Assembly (NCBI GenBank): GCA_046758705.1
Contig: JBHIAT010000021.1
Location: forward strand, 1 to 32,626
Reading direction: 5' to 3'
Source: Candidatus Bipolaricaulia bacterium
GTDB lineage: Bacteria; Bipolaricaulota; Bipolaricaulia; JBHIAT01
Length of the DNA stretch: 32,626 bases
Part shown: positions 17,956 through 26,573 of the stretch, piece by piece
How positions within the stretch are numbered: the stretch's first letter is position 1
Layout: each line of letters begins with the position of its first letter
Position numbers and translations under genes: made by a program
Notes under the pieces: model-generated
The model's input: the letters and a program-made list of their open reading frames with translations, nothing else
Told to the model about the DNA's origin: nothing
Database searches by the model: none

Positions 17956-18684
17956 CTAACGACCTCCGCTGCCAAGCGCACTCAGTGCCTCAGGAAGTAC
18001 AAGGCGCACCCAAGCCGCATACATTTTCCCAGATGGGTGTAACCCATCTGATGCTATCAGCTCGCCATCCCTAGCCGCTTCTCGCGACACCGACGTCACA
18101 TCAACGTATCGTGCCCCCGCCCTTTCTGTCTCCTCTCGGTTTACGGCGTTAAAGTGATCGATCTCCGCTGCTATCTGCTCTCGGTCACGCCCTTCAGCAT
18201 ATGGTGTTACTCCCCAATCCGGAATCGAGAGCACGATCACTCGCCCCGTATCGCCCTTCGCAAACCCTATCGCTTGCTCAAGAAATGTGCGGAAGTCCAC
18301 GCGGTACCCGTCAATATCCCTACCTCGATATTGATTGTTCACACCAATCAGGAGTGACACCAGATCAAAGGTGCCGTCCACGTTCTGCCGTTGGATACCA
18401 GCCATGAGTTCATCCGTCGTCCAGCCTGTCTGGGCGATGATGATCGGTCCCTCGACGACGTAACCGTGTTCGCGCAGGGCCTGAGCCAGCTGCACGGGCC
18501 ATCGTTGATTGACATCCACGCGCTCACCAATGGTGTAGGAATCGCCCAAGGCCAGATACTGCACAGTTATCAACCCCGAGTGGCTATCGTCTGCTGAGCG
18601 TGTCGGCATGGTCCAATGGGCGAGGAAAAGGCCCGCAATTATCATAACCCATACGACTCGACTCTTGGCGATCATCATCAGCAT
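17956..18684 (-). CDS. SGNH/GDSL hydrolase with N-terminal signal/TM segment, cassette-borne
   Basis: ALGDSYT, TGWTT, LIGVNNQYRG, DGLHPSG. The stop lies inside a GTTAG core. Start uncertain (18705/18684/18678). Confidence 0.88.
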   Translation of the reverse strand: MLMMIAKSRVVWVMIIAGLFLAHWTMPTRSADDSHSGLITVQYLALGDSYTIGERVDVNQRWPVQLAQALREHGYVVEGPIIIAQTGWTTDELMAGIQRQNVDGTFDLVSLLIGVNNQYRGRDIDGYRVDFRTFLEQAIGFAKGDTGRVIVLSIPDWGVTPYAEGRDREQIAAEIDHFNAVNREETERAGARYVDVTSVSREAARDGELIASDGLHPSGKMYAAWVRLVLPEALSALGSGGR

Positions 18685-18720
18685 ACACGTATCTATGGCA
18701 CACACCGGCCACGTGGCTCC

Positions 18721-18791
18721 GCATAACGGCGGGCATCACCGGCTGAAATCGCGCCAGCGATTTTCAGTCCGGGTGCATGCCCTTGCTGTGC
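18721..18791 (-). mobile_element. 71-bp integron attC site with mutated R'' (GCACAGC)
   Basis: Minus strand GCACAGC aaGGGCATgCACCcGGaCTGAAAATCGC tggc GCGATTTCAGCCGGTGATGCCC gcc GTTATGC. Confidence 0.82.
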
Positions 18792-19168
18792 CTTTTGTTT
18801 TTCTCTTGCTTAAGCCAGTATCTAATCCCTCTCCCGACAAAGGGTTCATCAGGGAAGCGAGGAATCACATGCAGATGAGCATGAAAGACCTCCTGTCCAG
18901 CGACGGATCCGTTGTTCCAGCCGACGTTGTACCCATCCGGTCCGAATTCCCGGTCAATGCGCTCTTTCGCCTGTCGCAACAGGTCGAAGGTCGCACGGAG
19001 TTCCTCTTCCGTCAGGTCGAACACTGTCTCCCGGTGTTCCCTGGAAATTATGATCCCCGAACCGGTGAGGACTGGCTCTTCTGGCTGGAGAAACACACAG
19101 AAGTCATTTTCCAGAACGATGTGTGCTCTCTGGATGTTCTGTCGACAAAATGGACAATTTTCAGTCAT
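18764..19168 (-). CDS. HIT (histidine triad) family protein
   Basis: CPFC, PDGYNVGWNNG..AGQEVFHAHLHVIPR. The C-terminus runs into the attC. Confidence 0.9.
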   Translation of the reverse strand: MTENCPFCRQNIQRAHIVLENDFCVFLQPEEPVLTGSGIIISREHRETVFDLTEEELRATFDLLRQAKERIDREFGPDGYNVGWNNGSVAGQEVFHAHLHVIPRFPDEPFVGRGIRYWLKQEKNKRHSKGMHPD

Positions 19169-19192
19169 TATCGTTTCCGGCACAATCTATTG

Positions 19193-19217
19193 ATTATACG
19201 GAATTTTTCCGTATAAT
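19193..19217. promoter_or_regulatory. Perfect 11-bp inverted repeat carrying TATAAT on both strands (operator/promoter candidate)
   Basis: ATTATACGGAA-ttt-TTCCGTATAAT, immediately upstream of the first cassette gene. Confidence 0.5.
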
Positions 19218-19422
19218 ATGCCTCATACAACCAACTCAGATTTTCTCGAGCACTATCCCAACAATCACAAAAACCAAGGCAAGATTCATTGCTATGATGA
19301 AAGAATAAAACCATGGCCCCGGCTTTCCATTCTCCTGCATTGTTAAAGGTCTGGCTTCAGCTTTGGTTGCTCCTGATTACCAACCTGGAGCCCAGATCGG
19401 CCGTCCCGTTCGCAAGCCTCTG

Positions 19423-19992
19423 TCAAAAGATCTCCTGAAGATCGACCTCTAATTCTTTTAACAGGGGAGAGTGGAGCACCTCAGTACGCTGATAAACGGC
19501 GAGTGTCTCAAATCCCTGCCCCTTCCTCCCCAAGGTGAGCACCTCGACCGTCTTCGTCTCAGGGTCGACGAGCCAATACTCTCTGACACCATGACGGGCA
19601 TACAAGGTCTTCTTGTATCCTCGATCCCGCCCCTCGGTCCCTGGGGAGATGATCTCCACCACCAAGTCGGGTACCCCCTGAATCTCTTCTTCGGTGATGA
19701 TGTCGGAACGCTCCTTGGACACATAGAGGATATCGGGCTGTACCACTTCGTCCTCATCCGCCTCAACGAAGTGAACATCAAAGGGAGCGTGGAGTATCAC
19801 GCCCAAGTCGTGCTCGCGAACGAATTCCCAAAGGATAGATCCCAAGTCTCTTGAGACGCGTTGGTGTTCGAAACGGGGTGACGGAACCATGATTAACTCT
19901 CCCTGTAACAGCTCATAACGCTTGGTTTCGGATTCGGGCAGGCTTTTATAGTCCTCGTAGGTGTATTTGATCCTGGCCCTGGATTTGGCCAT
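19423..19992 (-). CDS. Uma2 family (DUF820) endonuclease-fold protein
   Basis: YTYEDY..LPE..RYEL..GEL.MVPSP..EHQ, VQPDI, PDLVVEIISP, K..LYARHGVREYWLVDP. Confidence 0.92.
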   Translation of the reverse strand: MAKSRARIKYTYEDYKSLPESETKRYELLQGELIMVPSPRFEHQRVSRDLGSILWEFVREHDLGVILHAPFDVHFVEADEDEVVQPDILYVSKERSDIITEEEIQGVPDLVVEIISPGTEGRDRGYKKTLYARHGVREYWLVDPETKTVEVLTLGRKGQGFETLAVYQRTEVLHSPLLKELEVDLQEIF

Positions 19993-20043
19993 TATCTTTG
20001 CTCCTATTCTTAGGCTTTTAGATGTTGGATACCTGGTGACTTT

Positions 20044-20072
20044 ATCATAAGAAAATCTCTTTCAGAGGTCAA
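20044..20072 (-). promoter_or_regulatory. sigma70 promoter for the Uma2 gene
   Basis: Minus strand TTGACC-17-TATGAT. Confidence 0.65.
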
Positions 20073-20086
20073 AATGGGCCTGCTGT

Positions 20087-20115
20087 TTGACGGAGAGGGA
20101 CCTGAGTGGTATGAT
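20087..20115 (+). promoter_or_regulatory. sigma70 promoter for the fusion gene
   Basis: TTGACG-17-TATGAT with TGn extension; back-to-back with the Uma2 promoter. Confidence 0.7.
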
Positions 20116-20171
20116 GATATTTGGCCAAATTAAGGATGATTTAAATCAGTTGAGAAAAGGGGAGAGCGCGC

Positions 20172-22202
20172 ATGGCACGCTATAAAAAACACGAGACACA
20201 GGAATGGGCTTGGGAGACGTTACAGGGTCAGTGGACGACACTGATGACGCCGTTCACACCCGAGGACGAGATTGACGAGGACGGGTTGCGTCACAATATC
20301 CGGCACATCCGTAAGTTGGGGACACGGGGCGCGGGATGCACCTGGGGAATGGGCGAGTTCTGGAGCCTCACCCATGACGAGCGGCTACGTGTCATGGATA
20401 TCGTGAGCGACGAGGCCAACGGCGAGTGGCTCATCGCCACCCACGTAACGCACACCTCAGCAAAGGAGATGCTGGCACTTGCAAAGCACGCGGAAGCCGT
20501 GGGGTTTGACCTGCTCATCGTAGCGCCGTCCTATATGGTGACCAAGACCGAAGCGCAGGTCATCGAATATACGCGGCTGCTGGCCGACAACACCTCGTTG
20601 GCGATCATGTTCTATAACTCACCGCAGTTTGGCATCGTGATGAGTGCAAACGGGCTGAAGTGCATCTGCGAGATTCCCAATGTGGTCGGGGTGAAGGAGG
20701 CCAGCTTCAACCAAGAGCTGTCCATCGAGACCCACACGTTGCTCGGCAAAGACGCGATCATCAGCACGCCCGATGAATGGATACTCTTTAAGGGCAAGGA
20801 ACTCGGCTTCCAACAGCAGGTGATGTTCGCTAACACCTCTGACTGGCGCTTCGACACTCCGGAGCACAACCACTACGTCCAGTTCATTGAACGGGCTACG
20901 CAAGGTGACATAGACGAGAAGTTCTACAATACCCATATCCGACCGATCAAGGAGCTTTCAGATAAGTGGTGGGGCAGGACGGTCCAGAAGCAAGGTGGGG
21001 CGTTGCCCGTCCCGATGGTGAAGTATTGGGGCGAGTTGATGGGCATGGCTGGGGGTCACGTGAGGCCCCCGCTTTCAGACCTCACCGCTGAAGAGAAGGC
21101 TGAAATCAAGCAGCAACTTAAGGAACTGAATCCCCCGGCCCAGGCGGCCCAGGTAGACCGTGCGTCGGCCGAGACGGCGTCGAGAGCATGGATCAACGAG
21201 CTGACGAACGCGGCAGGCGGGATGATGTTGATGGTCAGCGTCCAAGACCTCGATGAAGCCCTTGAGGCCGAACGGGGTGGCGCAGACGTCATCGATGTGA
21301 AGAACTTGCAGGAGGCGCTGGTCGGATCCGGTCATCCTTTCGTGGTAAACCAGGTGCGCGCCCAGATACCCAAAGAGAAACATGTGAGCGTGACCCTGGG
21401 GGTGGTCCCCAATCAGCCGGGCACCGTATCGATGGCGGTGTATGCGGCGGCCTTGCTGAACGCGGCCTCGGTGAAGGTCGGGTTTGTGAATACGGATTAC
21501 GACACGGCGGTCGAAATCCTGCAGGAATCGCGGCGCGCCCTGGAGGGATCCGATACCAAACTGATCGGCTCACTGTTCGCGGACAATCCCCTCTATGATG
21601 GGCTTGCCCCCCATCTCATGGTGCAGTTGGCCAAGGACGGAGAGTGCGACGGCTTCCTCATCGATACGCTCACCAAGGATGGCAGGAACCTGTTTGACTT
21701 CATCCCTGAAGACAAGCTGCGTGACATGGTGTTCGAGGGCAAACAGTTGGGTATGAGCACCGCCCTATCCGGTCATCTCAGGATGGACAACTTAGACGAG
21801 TTGGCACGCATCAACCCCGACATTGTGGGCGTGCGCGGAGCGGTCTGCAACAAAGGAGACCGGAGAACCGGTGTAGAAAGGGAAGCGGTTGCAGAACTCA
21901 AGCATGAATTAGACCGCCGCAAGACTGGCGAGATCGACGTCTTCAAAAAATCTCCAGTCAGCGTAAACAACAGATCCGGGAACGGATGGGTCATCATCGA
22001 CGGTCGGGGCAAGAACTGTGCGGGCATCATCGCGGCGCTGACGAAGCAGGTGGAGGATAATCAACAATCGCTCATTGAAGCGATCCTACCCGACGTGCTG
22101 AACATCCATGATGTGATCGTGTGGGCTGAGAAATCGGGGCACCGCCTGCTTGCGAGACGCAAGGATCCGGATGGCACATTAAGATTGCTCATTCAGCCCT
22201 GA
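20172..22202 (+). CDS. Fusion: DapA/NAL-family aldolase + MfnB-like (5-formylfuran-3-yl)methyl phosphate synthase + TusA/SirA-like domain
   Basis: aa1-320: TPFT..EIDEDGLR, GEFWSLTHDER, FYNSP, VVGVKEAS, GHVRPPL. aa351-585: LMVSVQDLDEA..A..GGADVIDVKN, PGTVSMA, VKVG, IDTLTKDG..LFD, ALSG, PDIVGVRGAVC. C-terminus: IDGRGKNC...DVIVWAEKSGHRLL. Confidence 0.85.
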   Translation: MARYKKHETQEWAWETLQGQWTTLMTPFTPEDEIDEDGLRHNIRHIRKLGTRGAGCTWGMGEFWSLTHDERLRVMDIVSDEANGEWLIATHVTHTSAKEMLALAKHAEAVGFDLLIVAPSYMVTKTEAQVIEYTRLLADNTSLAIMFYNSPQFGIVMSANGLKCICEIPNVVGVKEASFNQELSIETHTLLGKDAIISTPDEWILFKGKELGFQQQVMFANTSDWRFDTPEHNHYVQFIERATQGDIDEKFYNTHIRPIKELSDKWWGRTVQKQGGALPVPMVKYWGELMGMAGGHVRPPLSDLTAEEKAEIKQQLKELNPPAQAAQVDRASAETASRAWINELTNAAGGMMLMVSVQDLDEALEAERGGADVIDVKNLQEALVGSGHPFVVNQVRAQIPKEKHVSVTLGVVPNQPGTVSMAVYAAALLNAASVKVGFVNTDYDTAVEILQESRRALEGSDTKLIGSLFADNPLYDGLAPHLMVQLAKDGECDGFLIDTLTKDGRNLFDFIPEDKLRDMVFEGKQLGMSTALSGHLRMDNLDELARINPDIVGVRGAVCNKGDRRTGVEREAVAELKHELDRRKTGEIDVFKKSPVSVNNRSGNGWVIIDGRGKNCAGIIAALTKQVEDNQQSLIEAILPDVLNIHDVIVWAEKSGHRLLARRKDPDGTLRLLIQP

Positions 22203-22207
22203 CGAGG

Positions 22208-22714
22208 TTACCCGGAAAACTTCTGACGCATGAACTCCAGCGGTAACAGATCTTGGGGATCGCTGGAGAAGAGGTAGAGCTTGTGCAGATCAAGCAGGTG
22301 CTTCAGCTCGTTAATCGGGGTGATCATCCACCCGCAGATCGATGAAGCGGTCGCTGAGTCCCCCATAGCCACCGGCCTTGCGGACGACCAACAGCGCCGC
22401 AGACTGCTGCCCCCGGCGGTCCCCACTGGCCTCTTGCCCGGCCTCCAGGGCAGCGACCAGTCGATCCCACAGACCACCCGGGGTGGTCTCGAAGGTCTCC
22501 GCCATCACCTTGACGACGTCTTCACCAGCCAGAATGTTTCCCTGACAGGTGTAACCCTCGCCGACGATATGCCCAGCCCATCCCAGGCACTCTGAGCCGG
22601 TATGAGCGGCGGCCCGACTCTGAGCGTCCACCAGTCCCACCTGACGCTGAACACGCTTAGGGTCTCCGGATCCCGAGCCACAATGGAGAAAGTAGAAACG
22701 GCTAAACGACTCAT
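22208..22714 (-). pseudogene. DUF1028 (Ntn-hydrolase-like) pseudogene
   Basis: STFSIVARDPET, then a deletion/frameshift to RQVGLVD..AAHTG..C.GWAGH..QGNILAG..GDRRGQQSAALLVV..IDLRVDDHP. A second frameshift leads to PINELKHLLDLH; 3' end truncated. Confidence 0.85.
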
Positions 22715-22791
22715 GCATCCTCCTGCTAAATTCAAGGCAATCAGGACCTGCCACTATGATATAATGAACCCTGAGATATCACCAAACTACC

Positions 22792-23574
22792 ATGAAATTT
22801 TCGATCTGCCTGGAGATGATCTTCCCCGAGCTCGAATTCCCCGAGCGCATCGATCGGGTCGCAGAGCAGGGGTTCGATCACATCGAGTTCTGGGGCTGGA
22901 CCGAAAAAGAGATCGAAGCGATTCAGGAACGGCTGGACCGGACCAGCCTCGGGGTTACCAACTTCAGTGCCCACCGCCGCAGCTCTCCGATCCTCGCCGA
23001 GGATCGCTTGGCGTTCCTGGAGGAGGTCGATGCCAGCCTGGAGATGGCGAACCAACTGGGTTGTAACTCTCTGATGCTGCTCAGCGATGCGCTGACCGAG
23101 AGCAGTGCTGCCAAGCCAGCGGACCTACCTTGGGAGGAGGCGTATCTCAACCTACTCCGGGCGTTGGAGCAGGCGGCAGCGCTCGCCGAGCGCGACGGAC
23201 TCACCCTGGTGATCGAATCGCTCAACCTCCACGATCATCCCGGATATTTTCTGAATCGGTCACGTCCTGCGTTCCAACTGATCAGAACGATCGGAAACCC
23301 TGCCCTGAAGGTGCTTTATGATATCTATCACATGCAGATCTCGGAAGGGAACATCATTACCACAATTCGCGAGAACATTGAGGCCATCGGGTACTTCCAT
23401 GCGGCCGATGTGCCCGGCCGGGGGGAGCCAGGCTCCGGTGAGCTCAATTACCGGAACATTTTCCGGGCGATTCAGGAAGCGGGGTACGATAGGACGATCG
23501 GGTTCGAGTTCGCCCCGATAGCAGATGACGTGACTGCCCTAAAGGCGATCCGAGAACTGATCCAGGCACCGTGA
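22792..23574 (+). CDS. Hydroxypyruvate isomerase (Hyi)-family TIM-barrel protein
   Basis: LEMIFPE, IEFWGW, LVIESLN..DHPGYFL, LYDIYHMQISEGN, FHAADVPGRGEPGSGELNY, IGFEF. Confidence 0.88.
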   Translation: MKFSICLEMIFPELEFPERIDRVAEQGFDHIEFWGWTEKEIEAIQERLDRTSLGVTNFSAHRRSSPILAEDRLAFLEEVDASLEMANQLGCNSLMLLSDALTESSAAKPADLPWEEAYLNLLRALEQAAALAERDGLTLVIESLNLHDHPGYFLNRSRPAFQLIRTIGNPALKVLYDIYHMQISEGNIITTIRENIEAIGYFHAADVPGRGEPGSGELNYRNIFRAIQEAGYDRTIGFEFAPIADDVTALKAIRELIQAP

Positions 23575-23590
23575 TACGACCTGAGCGAAT

Positions 23591-24259
23591 ATGACTGAGA
23601 ACCAAGTGCTGCCGGACCTGAGCGCGGTCATTCTGGCCGGCGGGCAGAGCAGACGCATAGGTCAGGGGGACAAGGCCTTCCTCAAACTGGCAGGCCAGCG
23701 GCTGATTGATCGCGTCATCCGGGCCGTCGAACCGCTTTGCACAGAGGTCATTATCGTGACCAACACGCCTGCTCAGTACCAGGGGCTCGGGACCCGACTC
23801 GTGGAGGATATCTTGCCCGGCAAAGGTGCCTTGGGTGGCATGTACTCTGGCCTGCAAGCGGCTCACCGTCCTCTGAGTCTGATCGTGGCCTGCGACATGC
23901 CGTTTCTCAACCAACCCCTGATCCGCTACATGGCCCGGCTCGCCTCAGACTCAGACCACGATGCGGTCATCCCTCGAGTAGGTAAGGACGAAGAGAGTGG
24001 AAGCGGATCGGCTACAGCCAGGGAGCGCCATCTCCATCCGTTGTATGCCATCTATCGAAAGACGTGCCTGCCGGCCATGGAGGCGGCCATTGAGCAGAAC
24101 GACCTCCTGACCATCGCCTTTCTACCCGCCATCCGCGCACGGTTTGTGGAGGTGGAGGAGATTGCCAGGTTCGATCCCCGAAGGCTATCCTTCTTTAACA
24201 TAAACACTCCCCAAGATTGGGAGCGTGCTCAGGCTCTGCTCAGAAGCTCGATTGGATGA
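23591..24259 (+). CDS. mobA: Molybdenum cofactor guanylyltransferase MobA-like
   Basis: VILAGGQSRRIG..DKA, GALGGMYSGL, VACDMPF, HPLYAIY, FFNINTPQD. Confidence 0.85.
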   Translation: MTENQVLPDLSAVILAGGQSRRIGQGDKAFLKLAGQRLIDRVIRAVEPLCTEVIIVTNTPAQYQGLGTRLVEDILPGKGALGGMYSGLQAAHRPLSLIVACDMPFLNQPLIRYMARLASDSDHDAVIPRVGKDEESGSGSATARERHLHPLYAIYRKTCLPAMEAAIEQNDLLTIAFLPAIRARFVEVEEIARFDPRRLSFFNINTPQDWERAQALLRSSIG

Positions 24260-24268
24260 AGGATTGAA

Positions 24269-25426
24269 CTAAGCGAGAAGATCCTGAGGGTTGACCCACT
24301 GTCCATCGTGCACCGACCGCGCCACTGCCTCAAGCACCGCTTGGCACTGCAGTCCATCGCCAAAGTCGGGACTTGGATCTCGATCCTCAGCGAGCGCTTT
24401 CATGAACTCGTAAATCTGGAGTGTAAACAGATCTCCATAACTAAGCTGAAGTCGGTAAGGCCATATGTCAGTGCCGTACGGATGGTCCACGTGCCCGGTC
24501 ACGATCGTACGATAGCCCTGTTTGGACTCCTCATCCCCTCGAGTCCAGTAATCGAGCCGGTGAATGTCGTTGAGGCGCCAGCGCACGCTTCCGTCCGTCC
24601 CGTTGATCTCAAAGTTTAAGTTCGCGTAGTTGCCTCCGGCACAGCGGGTCGCTTCGAAACTTCCCAGGGCTCCGTTGTCGAACCGGGCGAGAAACATCGC
24701 GGTGTCATCGACGGTGACTGGACTCATTTCGTTCGAACCCTCTTCGATCGGACGCTCGTGGACGAACGTTTCGGTCATTCCGTTGACGCTGGTGATCTCA
24801 CCAACGAGATAGCGGGCCAGGTCGATGAGGTGGGCACAGAGATCGCCCAGTGCCCCGGTCCCGGCCTGCTTCGCATCCAATCGCCACTGGATCGGTGCGT
24901 TGGGATCGGTCAACCACCCGTCGAGAAATTCGGCACGGTAATGGTAGATTCTGCCCAGCGCCCCCTCATCGATCATTTTCTTGGTGAGCATGACGGCAGG
25001 GACGAAGCGGTAGTTGAACACGATCATGTGCTTCACCCCGGCCGCCTCCACGACGTTCATCATCTCCTGGGCCTCAGCAAGATCCATGGCCAGCGGTTTC
25101 TCACACAGGATGATCTTGCCGGCCTCGGCGGCGGCGACGGCGATCTCTTTGTGAAGGTAGTTGGGAGTGCTGATATCGATCAGATCGACATCGTCGCGTT
25201 CGATCACCCGCCTCCAATCGGTCTCGTAATCTCCCCAACCATATTGCTCAGCCGCGTGACGGACCGCCTCCTCATGCCGTCCGCAGATGACCCGCCTGAC
25301 CGGCCGGATCGAAGGAACAAAGAACAGGGGCAAGGTCATGTAACCGTAAGAGTGCGCCTTTCCCATGAACTGATAGCCGATGAGTCCGACACCGATCTCT
25401 CGGACATCGGTCTTAGATTGCGACAT
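24269..25426 (-). CDS. Gfo/Idh/MocA family oxidoreductase
   Basis: IGYQFMGKAHS, DISTPN..H, CEKPLA, FNYRF.PA, GALGDLCAHLIDLARYL, VDD. Confidence 0.9.
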   Translation of the reverse strand: MSQSKTDVREIGVGLIGYQFMGKAHSYGYMTLPLFFVPSIRPVRRVICGRHEEAVRHAAEQYGWGDYETDWRRVIERDDVDLIDISTPNYLHKEIAVAAAEAGKIILCEKPLAMDLAEAQEMMNVVEAAGVKHMIVFNYRFVPAVMLTKKMIDEGALGRIYHYRAEFLDGWLTDPNAPIQWRLDAKQAGTGALGDLCAHLIDLARYLVGEITSVNGMTETFVHERPIEEGSNEMSPVTVDDTAMFLARFDNGALGSFEATRCAGGNYANLNFEINGTDGSVRWRLNDIHRLDYWTRGDEESKQGYRTIVTGHVDHPYGTDIWPYRLQLSYGDLFTLQIYEFMKALAEDRDPSPDFGDGLQCQAVLEAVARSVHDGQWVNPQDLLA

Positions 25427-25440
25427 AGGGAACCTCCTTT

Positions 25441-26565
25441 TCAGCGCAACGCATAGCGGTCGAGGGCGTCTCCATCGAGCTCTAAACCGAGACCGGGCCG
25501 TTGGGGAACCTCGATATAGCCATCCTCAGCCTTGGGAAACGGTTCGGTAAAGATCTCCCGGAGTGGGTTGTGGATGTACATATATTCGTAGGTCAGGAAG
25601 TTGGGGGTGGCAGCGGCGAACTGGAGCGCAGCCAGCTGCGATACACCGCCCGAGAATCCAGTATGGGGCGCGACCTGAAGATGATAAGCGTTCGCCAGCG
25701 TAGCGATCCGTCGGCACCCGGTCACGCCCCCGGCCCTCGCGATGTCGGGTTGTAGGATATCGATCCCTCTCTGTTCAATCAGGTCGCGAAAACCGTAAAC
25801 CGTAAACTCCGTCTCTCCACCGGCGATCGGAATCTTCAGCATACGGCGGATATGGGCATATCCGGCCACGTCGTCCGGAGGTACCGGCTCCTCAATCCAC
25901 GAGATATCGTACTGCTCCAGCTCTCTCCCGACCCGCACCGCTGTCGCAGCGTGATACGCCCCATTGACATCCAGCATCAGCTCGACGTCCGGTCCGACCG
26001 CCTCTCGAATCGCCTTCACCGATGCCACATCCATTCTCGGCCCACCCAGTTCCCGACTCCGACCGATCTTGACCTTGATCGCGGTGTGACCTGCGTCTAT
26101 CTGCTGTTGTGCCTCCTTCTGCATCCAGTCCAGATCGTTGAAGTAGACAGACGAAGCATAACAACGGACGCGATCACGACCGTGGCCTGTCAGCGCCTTG
26201 TACAAGGGAACCCCCAGCGTCTTGCTGAAGATGTCCCAGAGCGCGATATCGACCCCGCTGATCGCCTCCACCATAAACCCACGCGAATGTCCCCAGCGGC
26301 GCAACTGGTCGAACATCGCCTCCCACAAACCCTCGATATCGAGCGGATCCTTCCCCCGAATCACCGGGGTGAGCAGATCCTCGACGATCGTCTTTACCAC
26401 CTGAGGCGTTCTACGGCTGATACATTCGCCAATCCCCGTCGTCCCGTCGTCGATCTCGATCTCGACCACGATGGCCGAGAAGGTCGGGAACGCGCCGATT
26501 CCGAAATGGATCGGCTCTTCAACAGAAGCTGACAGCACGTGGCAGGTGACCTTGTCGATCTTCAT
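25441..26565 (-). CDS. Mandelate racemase / muconate lactonizing enzyme family (enolase superfamily) dehydratase
   Basis: GIGEC, AISGVDIALWDI, KVKIG, MLDVNG, WIEEP, GGETE, LQPD...GGVT, APH. Alternative start 26577 is coupled to the upstream stop. Confidence 0.9.
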   Translation of the reverse strand: MKIDKVTCHVLSASVEEPIHFGIGAFPTFSAIVVEIEIDDGTTGIGECISRRTPQVVKTIVEDLLTPVIRGKDPLDIEGLWEAMFDQLRRWGHSRGFMVEAISGVDIALWDIFSKTLGVPLYKALTGHGRDRVRCYASSVYFNDLDWMQKEAQQQIDAGHTAIKVKIGRSRELGGPRMDVASVKAIREAVGPDVELMLDVNGAYHAATAVRVGRELEQYDISWIEEPVPPDDVAGYAHIRRMLKIPIAGGETEFTVYGFRDLIEQRGIDILQPDIARAGGVTGCRRIATLANAYHLQVAPHTGFSGGVSQLAALQFAAATPNFLTYEYMYIHNPLREIFTEPFPKAEDGYIEVPQRPGLGLELDGDALDRYALR

Positions 26566-26573
26566 TAGAAACC

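Noticed and set aside
17907-17981. N-terminal extension of the dipeptidase
   Set aside because: Crosses the cassette core and the SGNH stop; the family N-terminus begins at MPIFDGHND.
19218-20171. Expected position of an integron integrase
   Set aside because: Only a Uma2 gene and promoters are present; no tyrosine recombinase motifs seen.
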